DNA from: Epiperipatus broadwayi
Taxonomy: Eukaryota > Animalia > Onychophora
Assembly (NCBI GenBank): GCA_028023455.1
Contig: JAQFVV010000009.1
Span: 15,934,001 to 15,998,000, forward strand
DNA length: 64,000 bases
Reading direction: 5' to 3'
A model generated the notes under the pieces. The model had not been told where the DNA came from. It saw only the letters and a list, made by a program, of their open reading frames with translations, and did no database searches. A program made the position numbers and the translations under genes. Positions within the stretch are counted from its first letter, which is position 1. The number at the start of each line of letters is the position of its first letter. Below are positions 14,043-27,119 of the stretch, in pieces.

Positions 14043-15718
14043 ATAGAAATAAATATATTAAGAGTTTAGTGTGGAGATATTACCATAAAATATCTGATTA
14101 TTACATATATAAACCACACATTTAATTATTTAATAGTTAGGTATATTCCATGTTTTTTTCCTCTCTTTCCCTTCATCCATTAATTGCACTGCAGTCAGTG
14201 TTTCCTTTTAGATGTTTGTTATCCAAAATATAGCTCTTACACCCCAAAGCAGATTACAACCATTATTACTAATAATTATCTCTCTTTAAAATCATCAATC
14301 AACTTATTATATCCTAATTTTCTCACAATCTCTTCCAACGTACGCTTCATAATCACCTCAGTTTAAAATACAAATGCAATCATTTTTCTCCAACTCCTTC
14401 TCTTTCATAATATTTTTTTTATTTATATTTACTCGTAATTTACAATATTTATACACTGCAAATCTTATCTTTCCATTATTCTCAAAATTTATATTTCTAA
14501 ACCTTTCAGTCTTTTTTTCTTTATCTAATTATGTCTACTCCATCTAATGCTACAATCCAAAATAACTCAACATATTTCTTTAAATCTAATTTTAATAGAT
14601 TACAAAATAATAATCCATCCATTTTAAAATCATATTCAGGCATTGCTATTTCCACTTCAGTTTCTTTATTATTATCTATTTTATCAAACATTTAAAAGTA
14701 TTATTTTATAACTTTCTATGGCCAAGGATTATACTTGATATTGTCATCTCTCTATTTACTTGCATTTATTTTCATTCCAAATTATCTGACAATTCTATCA
14801 CTCCTACAAAAGATTTATTATGTTTATTTTTATCTACAAATCACAGCCATATTCTGTGCTAATTCCATTCAGTATCAAAATTTGTTTCATAATTCATCTT
14901 TATATAGCTTATTATTATGCAAAAAGGTATCAAATCTTACAAATATCTTAATTCATATATCCAACTTGCAATTTACACCCCCCAATGCCAAACAAACTAT
15001 TTAATTCACAATGTCAAATATTTATTCAAAATCAGTAAAATATTAGCCTTCCCTTCTCTATTTCTCAATAATAGTTATCATTCCAATTGCATTACTTGCC
15101 CATCTACTATTTATAAATTGACGCTCCTTTTCATTAAAAATATATCTAATCTATAAAAATCTCATCCATTCAAAACTCATAATACCTTATTAGCTCTACA
15201 CAGATTATTAGATTTTTACATAGAATAAATTAAAGCATGCATATACACTAAAATTATGATAATCTATATAAAAGATATTAAACATTAAAAATTGTAAGAA
15301 GGAGTGGCGAATTGAAATTATATAATAAATTATCGCTTACACTATAAATATTTAAACTTAAATAAAAAACAAAAGAAGCCTATTTCCACTTTCTAAATTC
15401 ATTAAATTCCATTATCACTAAACATTCCCCACCTTGCTCCCTTTCAAAAGTTTTTATGTGGATATATTTCAATTTTATCACCATATATTTGCCGGTAGAA
15501 ATAATTTATTTAAATAATTGTAAATGTCTAGATTCTGTTTTTAATTTGGCCACTATTTGCCTGTTCTGTATATTACTTTACACTTCAGTGCTTTTTATTT
15601 CTAATTGCTAAGTCTTCCTTGGAATATAAATAACAATACTGTAATGTCTTTATAGTATAAGAAAAATTATTTATGATACATAACGTCAATAAAAAAAATA
15701 CTGAAAACAACACGATAT

Positions 15719-17705
15719 TGTAACGTTTCCCCACTTGGGTAATCATTTTTAAATCTTTTCTTCTCTTATTTTTATTCCTGTCTGACATCAAACACTTAGA
15801 ATACTCTTCCCGAGGGTGAATTTATGAGGTGATGTGTACTTAATTGGCAGCCCTTCCCATATGAAATTTTCCCATAATTATGAGTCATTCACCCCTTTGA
15901 CGAAGTTTTCCCAAATTCTGGGTCATTCAAAAGGGGTTAGAGAAGGAACTGACCGTAAAATACACATATAAGGGGATTGCAAAAATTCAAAATCCTCCCA
16001 GTTTTAACTTTATTTCTAAGTAGATCTCATGTTTATGGACAACATCCCTCTTTTTTTGGTCTGTTGCCAAGTCTGACTCGGCTATTTAACCTGATGTCCG
16101 TCTTAATACTCAGGGTGTGGTAGTGCATTGCGCCGAAGAGTGAACTAACTTTTAAACTGAATATTTTCTATAAATTTCCCATTAAAATCTAAAATAAACC
16201 TTTTAAAATCTAATCTGTTTGGTTTTAATCTATTATTGGAGGCATACCAGCATGCGCATGTACATAAGAAATTACACAAAGTGTATTGAGACAAATTAAC
16301 AGTTTAATTTAAGATTAATTAATATTTTATTCTAAGATAACAATGAAATGGCATAATCATGTATATGTTAAATATTTTAATAAATTACAATTAAAAAGAG
16401 AAAAAAAACAACAAAACAAATTAAATAATACATGCATATCTAGATTATCGCATAGTTTGATTTGATTATATTTAAGAATTTGGAAGGATATAAGATGTAT
16501 CTATTTATCGGTATTAAAAAAGTCTGTAGAACCTGCGTATATATTTCTGAGTGCACTCATGAATTAATCCCGGGATTAGCTCAGGCAAAACATGGTGTCT
16601 GTCTCTTTCTGTGTAGTGTTCCAACCATTTAGTCCATCTGAAAGTAGTGTATTTATTTTGCTGTGCTTTTTCTTTCCTTTGAATACATTCAGGAATGGTG
16701 GACGATCTGCACTAGATCCGAATAGTTGTAGTTCTGAAGGGCAAATGGGGATGTTGAAGGTGATATATATGTTCCAATGGTTTACGTGGCATACATGATA
16801 TAGAGAGCTGGAGTACAAACATAGACCGTGGCACGATGGCGACTTTACCCCATGCGATCCATGAGGTTTCCTTTGTTTTATTTTCAGTTCGCACACAATC
16901 TGTCCAGAACGAAGGCAGTAATCACAGTTTATTCCCGATCTTTTCTGCTTTGTGGCAATTTATTAAAATTTTCTCTTTATGTCTTCGATGTATTCTATAA
17001 TGCCTTGCCTTCTTCCCTGTCAGCTCAACAACAACTCTACACTATATCTTTCTATAATTAATTAACCAAGTTTCCTTTCTCCTTATTTCTGGTATTTTTG
17101 TTTTTTAAAAAAAAATACCTTTACAAAAATGCCAACAAAAGAAAAACCACTTAGCAAACTCGACTTTTTTTTTTTTATCTTTTTTTACTCTTGGAACTTT
17201 TTTTTTTAATTGCACACTTTTCATTTACTTTAACTAGACAAAAGAAGTCAAAAAGAATTCAATCCTTAATGGACATTCCACATTCATTAATTTTAAAAAC
17301 TATTTCCACAAAATCCGAATATTTACAATACATCAATCCATTTAATTAAAAAAAAAAGAGAGATAGCCATCAAGTGGTTAGATCTGTTTCTTGAACAATA
17401 AGAATTATGTTTTACTAATTAATTTGGGAAATAATAACTAAAAAAAATTTTTTCTTTTACACACTTTAAAATCTTTTATTTTTACCTCTTTTTCTTTCTC
17501 TTCCAAAAAACAACATTCACCTATATACATGTATGCCAATTAAAATATTAACCCATACCCATCATTCTTTATCATTCCAGCAAATACATGTGCACTTATC
17601 CGTGCGACTTTTACAATAATTATAATATAAATAATAATAAAAAAAATTATTTCTAAAATTTACACTTTCTCCTTTTTAAACAGGGTTTGAACTCTGTTTA
17701 TTACA
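15719..17705 (-). repeat. 3' LTR of the Gypsy element (about 1.99 kb)
   Basis: Aligns by eye along its length with 22049-24184, with TG...CA termini. Adjacent 17706-17720 reads GAACGGGTAGGTAT on the minus strand (PPT-like). Confidence 0.9.
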
Positions 17706-17967
17706 ATACCTACCCGTTCAAAAGACTTCAAAATGAGATTTTGAGGGCTACCCGGAAAAAAAAATTCTTTATCATTCCAGCAAATACATGTGCACTTATC
17801 CGTGCGACTTTTACAATAATTATAATATAAATAATAATAAAAAAAATTATTTCTAAAATTTACACTTTCTCCTTTTTAAACAGGGTTTGAACTCTGTTTA
17901 TTACAATACCTACCCGTTCAAAAGACTTCAAAATGAGATTTTGAGGGCTACCCGGAAAAAAAAATTC
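17564..17967. repeat. Perfect 200-bp tandem duplication spanning the inner LTR terminus and PPT
   Basis: 17564-17763 is repeated identically at 17764-17963, with ATTCT microhomology at the junction. Confidence 0.95.
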
Positions 17968-18090
17968 TGACCCTAACCCTTCCTTATATATATACATTTT
18001 TCCTCTTCCCTTTATCTTCTATTTCCTATAATTAATGTGCCAGCTTTAATGACTTGGCGTTATATGTACCCTTGATTCCCTGTCTGGTAT

Positions 18091-21000
18091 CTACCCAAAA
18101 TGCATTTCTGCCTTGACTCCGCACAATGGTGAAAGGCCTTCATATAGATTGTAGAATTTCTTGCATATGAATTTTCCTGGTTCACTCATGTGGGGAGTTT
18201 TTACTAATACTCGGTCCCCTACTTTGAAGTAACGATGTGTCACCTGGGTTTTCTTATTCCGCCGTTTGCTTGCTCTAATTTTTTGGTAAGCTAACATGCA
18301 ATTAGCCTCTGGTCTATTGGTCTGTCTTCAGTCCCTGGCAAAACCGTTTTCATCAACCAAGGAACATGTTGTCCTAAGTGCAACTACCCTGGCGCAAAAC
18401 CCATGGACTTGTTAATGGATCAATTAACGTAATTTAAAACTTGTGGCAGACACTTGACCCAACCACGATGATTGTCAGGTGTGTATATCCTGAATAGCCA
18501 TCCCAGTTCCCGCATTATTTGTTCGCATGGGTTTGACAGGATTTCGAATGGATGTCAATATATGTCTTATGTCATGTTTATGGATCAACTTTTCCCATTC
18601 TTTTGAAGTGAATGGGTACCATGGTCAGACAGGAGGATTTTAGGTTTCCCTGCTGCAGGGAAATGATTATTTTCAAGGATCCTGATTGTCCTTTGACATT
18701 AGCCTGGGCCACAGGGTACACCGCTACAAATTTAGAGAAAAGATCATATACCTCCACCAAGTATTGTTTCCGGTTAAATGGAGGGGGGGGAGGGGGTCAT
18801 AATAGTCCATGGCCATCACTTCCTAAGGTTTGTCCGGTATCACAGAGATCATGGGTGTAGCATAATTTCAGTTCGCGGGTTTAGCCCTCTGGCATATCGC
18901 ATATTTATTCAGGATATTAATGATACTACTATGCATACCTGGCCAATAAACCACTTTCCAATTAGATGTTCTATTTTCAGGGTACCATACTGTTCATACA
19001 GTTTATGAATGTGGTTTACCACTGCTTCCCTCAAATGGCTTGGAAGGAAAGACCTCCATTCTTTGGGGTCATCTCGAACCTTGAAGTATTTTTTTCTTCT
19101 TAACCGATAATTGTCCCTTTTATTTCCCACCCAATCTATATCGATGGGCTCCTTTGATTTTAACAGGGCTACTAACAGTGCCAGTTTCTTATCCCTTCTT
19201 TGATGGTGGGCCAACTGGCCTAGATCTTTCATCTGTATAAGTTGTCACATTTTAAATGCTGAGGATGGTATCTGGCAGGATTATAACTCAAAAAATATTT
19301 GCTACTATATTCTCCGATCCTTTGCAGTGGCACACAGTATAATCATACTCCTGGGGAAATAAACTCCAATGCATAGCTAATGAACTCTAGGCTCTTGTGA
19401 TCAGTGATTACGATTACTTTTGACCCCAGTAAGAATGGTGTAAATTTCTGGAATGCTTATATGATGGCTAAAGCCTCCTTTTCGATGGTAGTGTCATTCA
19501 TTTCCAGGCTTTGAGTAATCGGCTTATAAAATACAGCACTCCTATCTGGCCATCATCCTTGCTTTGTGACAAAGTTGCCCTGATCCCATAACCACTACTA
19601 TCGTCTGGACCAAAAAAGGTTTGTTGAAATTGGGGAATGGAGAGTATCACTTGTTTCAAAAATTCCTCTAATCTCTTCAAATGCTTGGGTCTGCTCTCCT
19701 GACTATTTCCATGGCACATGATTCCTTAATAATTTTCAATAATGATTCTGCTTTCTCCACCAATCGCTCCTGGAATCAGTTATAAAAATTGCAGAGGCCT
19801 AAAAAGGCGCGTATGTTTCCTTGACTGAGATGTGGTCAAATCCCCTGGGCCCCTATCACATGCCTCAAAAAATACTACATCTCTATATAGAGTACTTTTT
19901 CTCAAAAATTCCTCTTTTTTGGCATTCTCCCAGGAAAATGTCTACCTCTCTGAGATGGTCTTTCATAGTGGATGATGCTATTAGAACCATCATCCATATG
20001 CATGGTTACCAATCTTTGACTTCCTGTGATAGTACTTGCTCAAGGCACCTTAACAACTCTGCTCCAGTTTATAAGGCCAAATCACATTTTATTAAATTGG
20101 TATGAATAGCCCTTGAACCTAAAGGTGGTGTACTGACGATCTTCAGGGTGTAATGCTATACACCAGTAGCAGGCCATTAATTCAAATATGATTTTCTTTC
20201 CATTGAATTTAACCAATAGTTCCTGCGAGGGTGGAGCTACATTGCAATCTGGTACCGTTATTTTATTTAGTTGTCTGGCATCCAGGTATAACCGAAGAGC
20301 TCCAATCCTTCTTTACCACCACAAGAGGGTTGCAATATGGTGTCAAGCATTTTGAAACTATTCCCCATTCCATCATCTGGTCAATTTGGTTTTTTACTTC
20401 CCCTTTGTACTGATGCGGTATGGAGTACGATCTTGATTGAAAGGGTTGAGTCTGGCTTAACCTAATCCTTTGCTCAAACCTTTGAATCGTGCTGGGGACA
20501 TCAGAGAAAACCTGATTATGTTTCATTAACATTCCTTCCAGCCTTGATTCCCCCAGATCCTCCACCATTTCTCTAATAATGCTTTCAATTGGCTCCTCCT
20601 TGATTTTCAGCCTCCGATAGACCCGTACAATAAGTTTGTTATAAATTCTAACTCCTTGTTTTCATATATCAACTGTCCTTTCTTGTAACCGGGGCTGCAT
20701 TTATGCCTGTGTAAGAAATCAGATCCCAGTAGTGCATCATGTATCAGATCTTTCTGGTTAAAAGTATATGTGAAATGGCCTTTCTCATTGATCTTTATTT
20801 CAACCCACACTTGTCGGGGCTCTATCTTTGCGTTATGATTATTTGCCATAGTGACATGGGTTGCTTTTAGTGGAAGAGTTTGTATCCTTGGCTGTTCCCT
20901 TAATATTTGTTGGTATAACTTCTCTGATATTACAGAAACCTGGCTTCCTGAATCTATAAGTGTTGCTATCCTAAGGTCCCCGAATCCAACAATGATCTTC

Positions 21001-21719
21001 AGGCAAGTTTGTGGGGCATATTCTGGGACTCTCTTCCCATGAGCGTATGAGTTTCCCCACTTGTCCCCCTTTCTCTGCAGAGATTGAGTTGCACTGTTTT
21101 CTTTATCCGTTTTCCTTTTCTCGTTCTCTTCCTTATGTTCATACATTTGCATTTCATCTATTTTTCTAAATTCCCTACATTCTAAGCTACGCCAATAATT
21201 GTTCAATTCGAACATACCCAACACTTTGTCTATCCCAGTAGCTGATTTATTCACTCTTCCCAACATGCATTTCATCACCTCACCAAAATTCCTACACACT
21301 ATCCCTACTATTTGTTTCTCTGACATTTTGCATGCTTCCAAGCTCCTCAATATAGCCACCTGTCATCTGAAAAATTATGCAGTTTTCTGGGCCATGCTCT
21401 CAATACCTTTGCCCCATTATCTGCCATTTAATCCTTGTTGACCTTCTAACCAAAAAGTCTTCTCTGTTGTTTTGTATCACCAAAACTTTGGGTGACTAGA
21501 TAGTGAGTTCCACCATGTAAGGGCATGCCCCTCTAAGTGGTTGTAGGCTACCATGACTTTACTCTTTTCGGACATTTTATTTACCCTAAAATATCTTCTT
21601 AAACTTTCCATATGTCCTACTGGTATTTCCCCCACTTCGCCCTTGAATATTTTTTTTATTTTTATTAGTTCTTGGGTCATGGTTTCTTGTTCCATATTAC
21701 CCTGTGATTTGGTTTTCAT
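18091..21719 (-). pseudogene. Disrupted Gypsy gag-pol
   Basis: Gag (AYNHLEGHALTWWNS), protease (TLIDSGSQVSVIS), RT start (EWGIVSKCLTPYCNPLVVVKK), RNase H (DDSSGYGIRATLSQ..YFISRLL), integrase (VYDLFSKFVAVYPV; FKVGDRVLVK). Multiple frameshifts and stops. Confidence 0.92.
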
Positions 21720-22048
21720 TCAATTTTTTTTTCTTTTTATATTTCTATTGAGATTAACAATATGTGCCAGGTTGAGTGACCCAGCTCCCTGACCATTTTT
21801 CCACGTAATATATATATATATATTTTTTTGCCCTATTTGCTTATCTACCATCAAATTCTATTTATTATTTTTCTCTCTTTTCCGGAAAAAAAAAAATTTG
21901 TTAACTGAACAGCAACAAATTTTATGCCAAAAAAAAAAAAAAAAATACCCTATATTTCCTCTCTTTAAAAAAGAAAATTATCTTTTTGACTAATGCTCCC
22001 TCTATATCCTTCAGTTGCATTCACTCTCTGTTCATCATTGGGGTCCAT

Positions 22049-24184
22049 TGTAACGTTTCCCCACTTGGGTAATTGTTTTTAAATCTTTTCTCCTCTTTTT
22101 TTTTTTTTATTCCTGTCATCAAACATTTGTCTTTATCCTAACTAAAATTTATGATTATACTCTCTTCCCAAGGGTGAATTTATGAGGTGACGTGTACCTA
22201 ATTGGGAGCCCTTCCCATATGAAATTTTCCCATAAATTTTGAGTCATTTCACCCCTCTGATGAAGTTTTCCCCAATTCTGGGTCATTCAAAAGGAGTTAA
22301 AGAAGGAGCTGACCATAAAACACATGTATAAGGGGGCTGCAAAAATTCAAAACCCTCCCAGCTTTAACTTTATTTCTAAGTAGATCTCCATGTTTATGGA
22401 CAATGTCCCTCTTTTTTTTTGACCGTTGCCAAGTGCCATGGCATCGTGCTAGTTCACAAGAATTGTAGGATCTATTAGATATTTGTCTGACTCAGCTATT
22501 TAACCCGATGCCTGTCTTAATACTCAGGGTGTGTGGTTGTACATTGCACCGAAGAAGAAATGAAGAATGAACTAACTTTTAAACCAAATATTTTCTATAA
22601 ATCCCTATTTAATTCCCACTAAAATCTAAAATAAACCTTTTAAAATCCCCACGCCCTTTTCTCCCTAATCTGTTTGGTTTTAATCTATTATTGGAAGCAC
22701 ACTAGCACGTACATGTACATAAAAGAATTACCCAACATGTATTGAGACAAATTAACAGTTTAATTTAAGATTCATTAATATTTTATTCTAAGATAACAAT
22801 GAAATGGCATAATCATGTATACGATAAATATTTTAATAAATTACAATTAAAAGAGAAAAAAAACAACAAAACAAATTAAATAATACATGCATATCATTAG
22901 ATTATCGCACAGTTTGATTTGATTATATTTAAGAAATTTGGAGGGATATAAGACGTATATTTACTGGTATTAAAGAATCTGTAGAACACGCGTATATATT
23001 TCTGAGTGCACTCATGAATTCATTCCGGAATTAGCACAGGCAAAACATGGCGCTGTCTCTTCTGTGTAGTGTTCCAACCATTTAGTCCATCTGAAAGTAG
23101 CGTATTTAGTTTGCTGTGCTTTTTCCTTTCCTTTGAATACATTCAGGAATGGGAACGATCTGCACTAGATCCAAATAATCATGGTTCTGAAGGGCAAATG
23201 GAGATGTTGAAGGTGATATATATATTCCAATGGTTTACGTGGCATAGATGATATAAAGAGCTGGAGTCCAAAAATAGACCCCGGCATGATGGCGACTTTA
23301 CCCCATGCGATCCATGAGGTTTCCTTTATGTTTTATTTTCAGTTCACACATAATCTGTCCAGCAACGAAGGCAGTAATCACAGTTTATTCCCGATCTTTT
23401 CTGCGTTGCGGCCAATTTATTAAAATCTTCTCTTTATATCTTCTTCGATGTATTCTACAACGCCTTGCCTTCTTCCCCATCAGCTCAACAACAATTCTAC
23501 TATATCTTTCTATAATTCATTACCCAAGTTTCCTTTCTCCTTATCGCTGATATTTTTTTGTTTTCAAAAAATATATACTTTTACAAAAATGCCAACAAAG
23601 AAAACCCACTTAGCAACCTCGACTTTATTTTTATCTTATCTTTTTTTACTCTTGGATTTTTTTTTTTTAATTGCACTCTTTTCGTTTACTTTAACTAGAT
23701 AAAAGAAGTCAAAAAGAATTCAATCCTTAATGGACATTCCACATTCATTAATTTTAAAAACTATTTCCACAAAATCTGAATATTTACAATATGCCAATCC
23801 ATTTAATTAAAAAAAAAAAAAGAGATAGCCATCACATGGTTAGATCTGTTTCTTGAACAATAAAAAGTATGTTTTACTAATTAATTTGGGAAATAATAAC
23901 TGTAAAAGAAATTTTTTCTTTTACACGCTTTAAAATCTTTTATTTTTACCTCTTTTTCTTTCTCTTCCAAAAGAAAAACAACATTCACCTATATACATGT
24001 ATGCCAGTTAAAATATTAACCCATACCCATCATTCTTTATCATCCCAGCAAATACATTCGTGCGATTGTCTGTGCGACTTTTCCAATAATAATTATAAAA
24101 TAAATAATAATAATAATAAAAAATTATCTAAAATTTATCCTTTCTCTCCTTTTGTAACAGGGTTTGCACTCAGTTCCTGTTACA
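22049..24184 (-). repeat. 5' LTR of the Gypsy element (about 2.14 kb)
   Basis: Paralogous to 15719-17705 with many substitutions and indels, including an extra segment at about 22432-22485. It is followed on the minus strand by ATGGACCCC, a possible degenerate PBS whose tRNA could not be assigned. Confidence 0.9.
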
Positions 24185-24217
24185 ATATGAAACTGTTCAT
24201 CTCAATATATGACACTT

Positions 24218-24302
24218 AACGCAAATGGATAAAAAAAATACAAGTAATTGTACAGTCTCTCAACGCAAATGGATAAAAAAAATACAAGTAATTGTACAGT
24301 CT
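24218..24302. repeat. Tandem duplication, period 44 bp
   Basis: aacgcaaatggataaaaaaaatacaagtaattgtacagtct starts at both 24218 and 24262. Confidence 0.9.
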
Positions 24303-24560
24303 ATTCATTTTCTAATATTTATTTTTGATAACAGATTTAAATATTTCAATCTATTATCCCTTAGTTTTCTCATCCATTCTGGATTTGCAGAGATGCTGTA
24401 TTTCTAATCTTCAATTTTCTAATTTCTGAACATATTCTTACAATAGCACTCCATGCTTCCTTTTAATGATATAAGCAATTTCATTATTTGTGATAAAGTT
24501 TCAAATACCAATATTTATTAAAGTTTATGAAATCATTTTAAATATGGAATCTAGATGAAA

Positions 24561-24716
24561 TTGTAGTAAGAGTTTTATTATAATGTTCAATGATTTTGTC
24601 AATATTCTTTTGCCCTGATTGCTCATCTAATCGTCAGTTGTAGTAAGAGTTTTATTATAATGTTCAATGATTTTGTCAATATTCTTTTGCCCTGATTGCT
24701 CATCTAATCGTCAGTT
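24561..24716. repeat. Perfect tandem duplication, period 77 bp
   Basis: ttgtagtaagagttttattataatg...catctaatcgtcag starts at both 24561 and 24638. Confidence 0.92.
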
Positions 24717-26968
24717 ATAGAATTTAACATATTTTTATTTTACTATCTCATGCAAATTTTTTTTTCTTTCTAAAATTATGAGGCGAAGTCAGTAAATAAT
24801 TTATAAATAGAAAGCTGTAAAAGGAACAAAATAACATTTTCTATCCATAAAGAGTGATAGCATCGTAATCTAATTTAATCAGTTTATGGATATTAAAATA
24901 CAATAAAGTAAAAAAAAAAACAAATACATAATACGGTATCAAGAAAAAAAAAGGACAATAATAAAGCTGAAAATATTTGTGATGAAAGTAGAGGAAAATG
25001 AATATTATTTAGGGTGAGAGCAGGAAGTCTAGAGACAAAAAAATTACTAAGAGGATGAGTCAAAAAATATTGATCATTAATTATGCAAATGAAACAGTTT
25101 TATAAAGAAAGAAAAGAAATGATAAAATTGTGGAATGTATATGAATGGAAAGATTATGGTAAAACATTTGATAAACTTGTTTCTTCTTTTTTTTAGAGTG
25201 GAGAAGAAATAACGAAAATTAGAAATAAAATAGAAAAAATGAAAACTATTCTTGAAAAATGGGATAAAAGAAATAGAAGGAAATTATACAGATTTTATTA
25301 ATACACTATATGTAGATTAATAGTAGTTACATGAATTTTTAGCCAAGAAATAATTATAAAACATATAACATTTAAATAACAAATGTACAGGTTCAAAGTT
25401 GATTTCAGTAGTTAAAATTTTGATTATAATGTGTAGGTAAAATGATTTTTTGCAGAAATGTTTCCTGTTTATAGTGAGAAATGTTTGTCATGTTAAGATA
25501 CTTATAACCACATCTGATGAAAAAGCTGAAATAAAATTGGACAAGTCACTAAGACAAAAAATAGCACAATTACATTACTTTTTACAAACTTGTAGTAAGC
25601 TTTTGTTGTAATTTTGGAAAATGCTTTTAAGAAAAACAATCTTCAAAATAAACATTTCATTATATGAAGAGTTTCTGTTTAAATATGACAATTTTTTTTC
25701 GCTATAATTTTAGCAAAATTTTACTTTTCATGACATTACATTATATCAATTGCCATATGTATTTTGTTAATGACAAAACATGGTCAAAATTGACATGGTC
25801 TTTTACAAGATTTTTTAAATGCTTTCAGAATTCATAAATATACATCTAAAAAATGACAAATTAGTGCACTTTTTTATACGGTAATCTCTTTTTTTTTTAA
25901 AAAAACTTTTCTAAATCAGTTCTTAGAAAAGACAAACTACAATATTTCATGACAAATAGATATCTCCATATTTTTGATGACAGAAAAAAAAAAGTAATTA
26001 AAACAGTATACACAAAAATAGAACTACTTTTAAAGTAATTAGTTATAGAATAATGATATATTTCTTCAGCATTATAAAAATATAGTCAATGACAATGTTA
26101 TACAACTATGACAAGTTTCTGATAATATGGCTTCAGAAAAAAGTAAAAAAAATTATATCCATCCAATTACTTTTTATTTTTATACTATCCAAAGCACTAT
26201 GGTTGGAGTCTAAATCACTTTGTTGTCCATCTATGTAGATAATATAACAGTTTTGGTTAAAAGCCAACCATAGAATAACAATACACATCAATATATGTAT
26301 TACATGATTTCTGTCTTATCCTATCATTTAAGCATCATACAATAATGACATTTATCTTCAACTACAATCTTATAATAATATTGAAATAATTGTGGTAACT
26401 TAGTTTGATAAATAACCAAAACAACAATTACTAAGAAAAAAGATATACTAAGACTGGATTGATAATCATAATAATTTAATATAGTGCTCAGCATTGAAAA
26501 TGCTCAACTAAAAACTGGAAGTGCTGTTTATTTTAAATATTATATACTTAATAAATTATACATACATACATATGAACAAATTCCTTAAATATGATGCATA
26601 ATGTAAATACACATTAATTTACTGGCCACCATATCACATTAATTTTATGAATTTTAATGACAATTTATTTTTTTTGTGAAAATAATTAACTGATAGTCTT
26701 TCAGTAATGGAGCATCACATTCGGGTCACATATTTAGCATTCATTGTGTTGATGTATTTCAAATATAATAAAAAATATGATATCACAATGTGAATCTAAC
26801 AGATGTTTTTCTATGTAATCGCTAAAGTAGTTTTGGTTGATCAAACGTTTTATTTTTAACATATTAATTATGAAGATTTAAAAAATTCGGTACTTATAGA
26901 TTAAGTTAGTAACTTTTTATGTAAACAATAAATTTATATAAAATATTCAATATAAGTAATCACATTAC

Positions 26969-27119
26969 CTTTGCTAGAGGATCCTGATAGTTCTGGCAAC
27001 TAAGAAGGTAGCTGATACAAGCATCTATCACATCTAACCACGGAATTAATTCAAAAATATTTTCATCAAAATTGGAGGAAACATTCCTCTGCTGGACACG
27101 AGACAACAGCCAATTAATA
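26969..27119 (-). CDS. MCM3AP: MCM3AP/GANP internal exon (151 nt, phase 2/0)
   Basis: gtttttcAG|...|GTaatg. Encodes (R)INWLLSRVQQRNVSSNFDENIFELIPWLDVIDACISYLLSCQNYQDPLAK. IPWLDVIDACISY matches GANP IPWDDLIALCINH. Confidence 0.9.

Larger units (their letters stand above)
12911..14093 (+). mobile_element. Penelope-like (PLE) insertion with inverted terminal copies (12911-13009 and 13994-14093) enclosing a captured MPDU1 fragment
   Basis: The two arms of about 100 bp differ by 1 substitution and 1 indel by eye, and each contains a hammerhead-like motif. No clear TSD. The PLE assignment is inferred from the hammerhead plus inverted-3'-end architecture; no RT or GIY-YIG ORF is present. Confidence 0.6.
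15719..24184 (-). mobile_element. Full-length decayed Gypsy/Ty3 LTR retrotransposon
   Basis: Two LTRs begin TGTAACG and end TTACA. The 4-bp TSD is ATAT (15715-15718 and 24185-24188). The internal minus-strand domain order is gag-PR-RT-RH-INT. Confidence 0.95.

Noticed and set aside
14200-15200. LINE-like decayed coding texture (also at about 1150-1360, 2990-3280, 24900-25320 and 58000-58620)
   Set aside because: Probably old retroelement debris, but no diagnostic motif could be read confidently.
22031-22048. Assignment of the Gypsy PBS to a specific tRNA
   Set aside because: TGGACCCC resembles a Trp-type PBS with a deletion, but the match does not extend.
17564-24716. CRISPR-like or satellite arrays
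   Set aside because: The repeats are only two-copy tandem duplications with no repeat-spacer structure, and the context is eukaryotic.
25512-25535. CTGATGA…GAAA spacing
   Set aside because: No stem II can form. Similar chance hits at about 33862 and about 58470 were also rejected.
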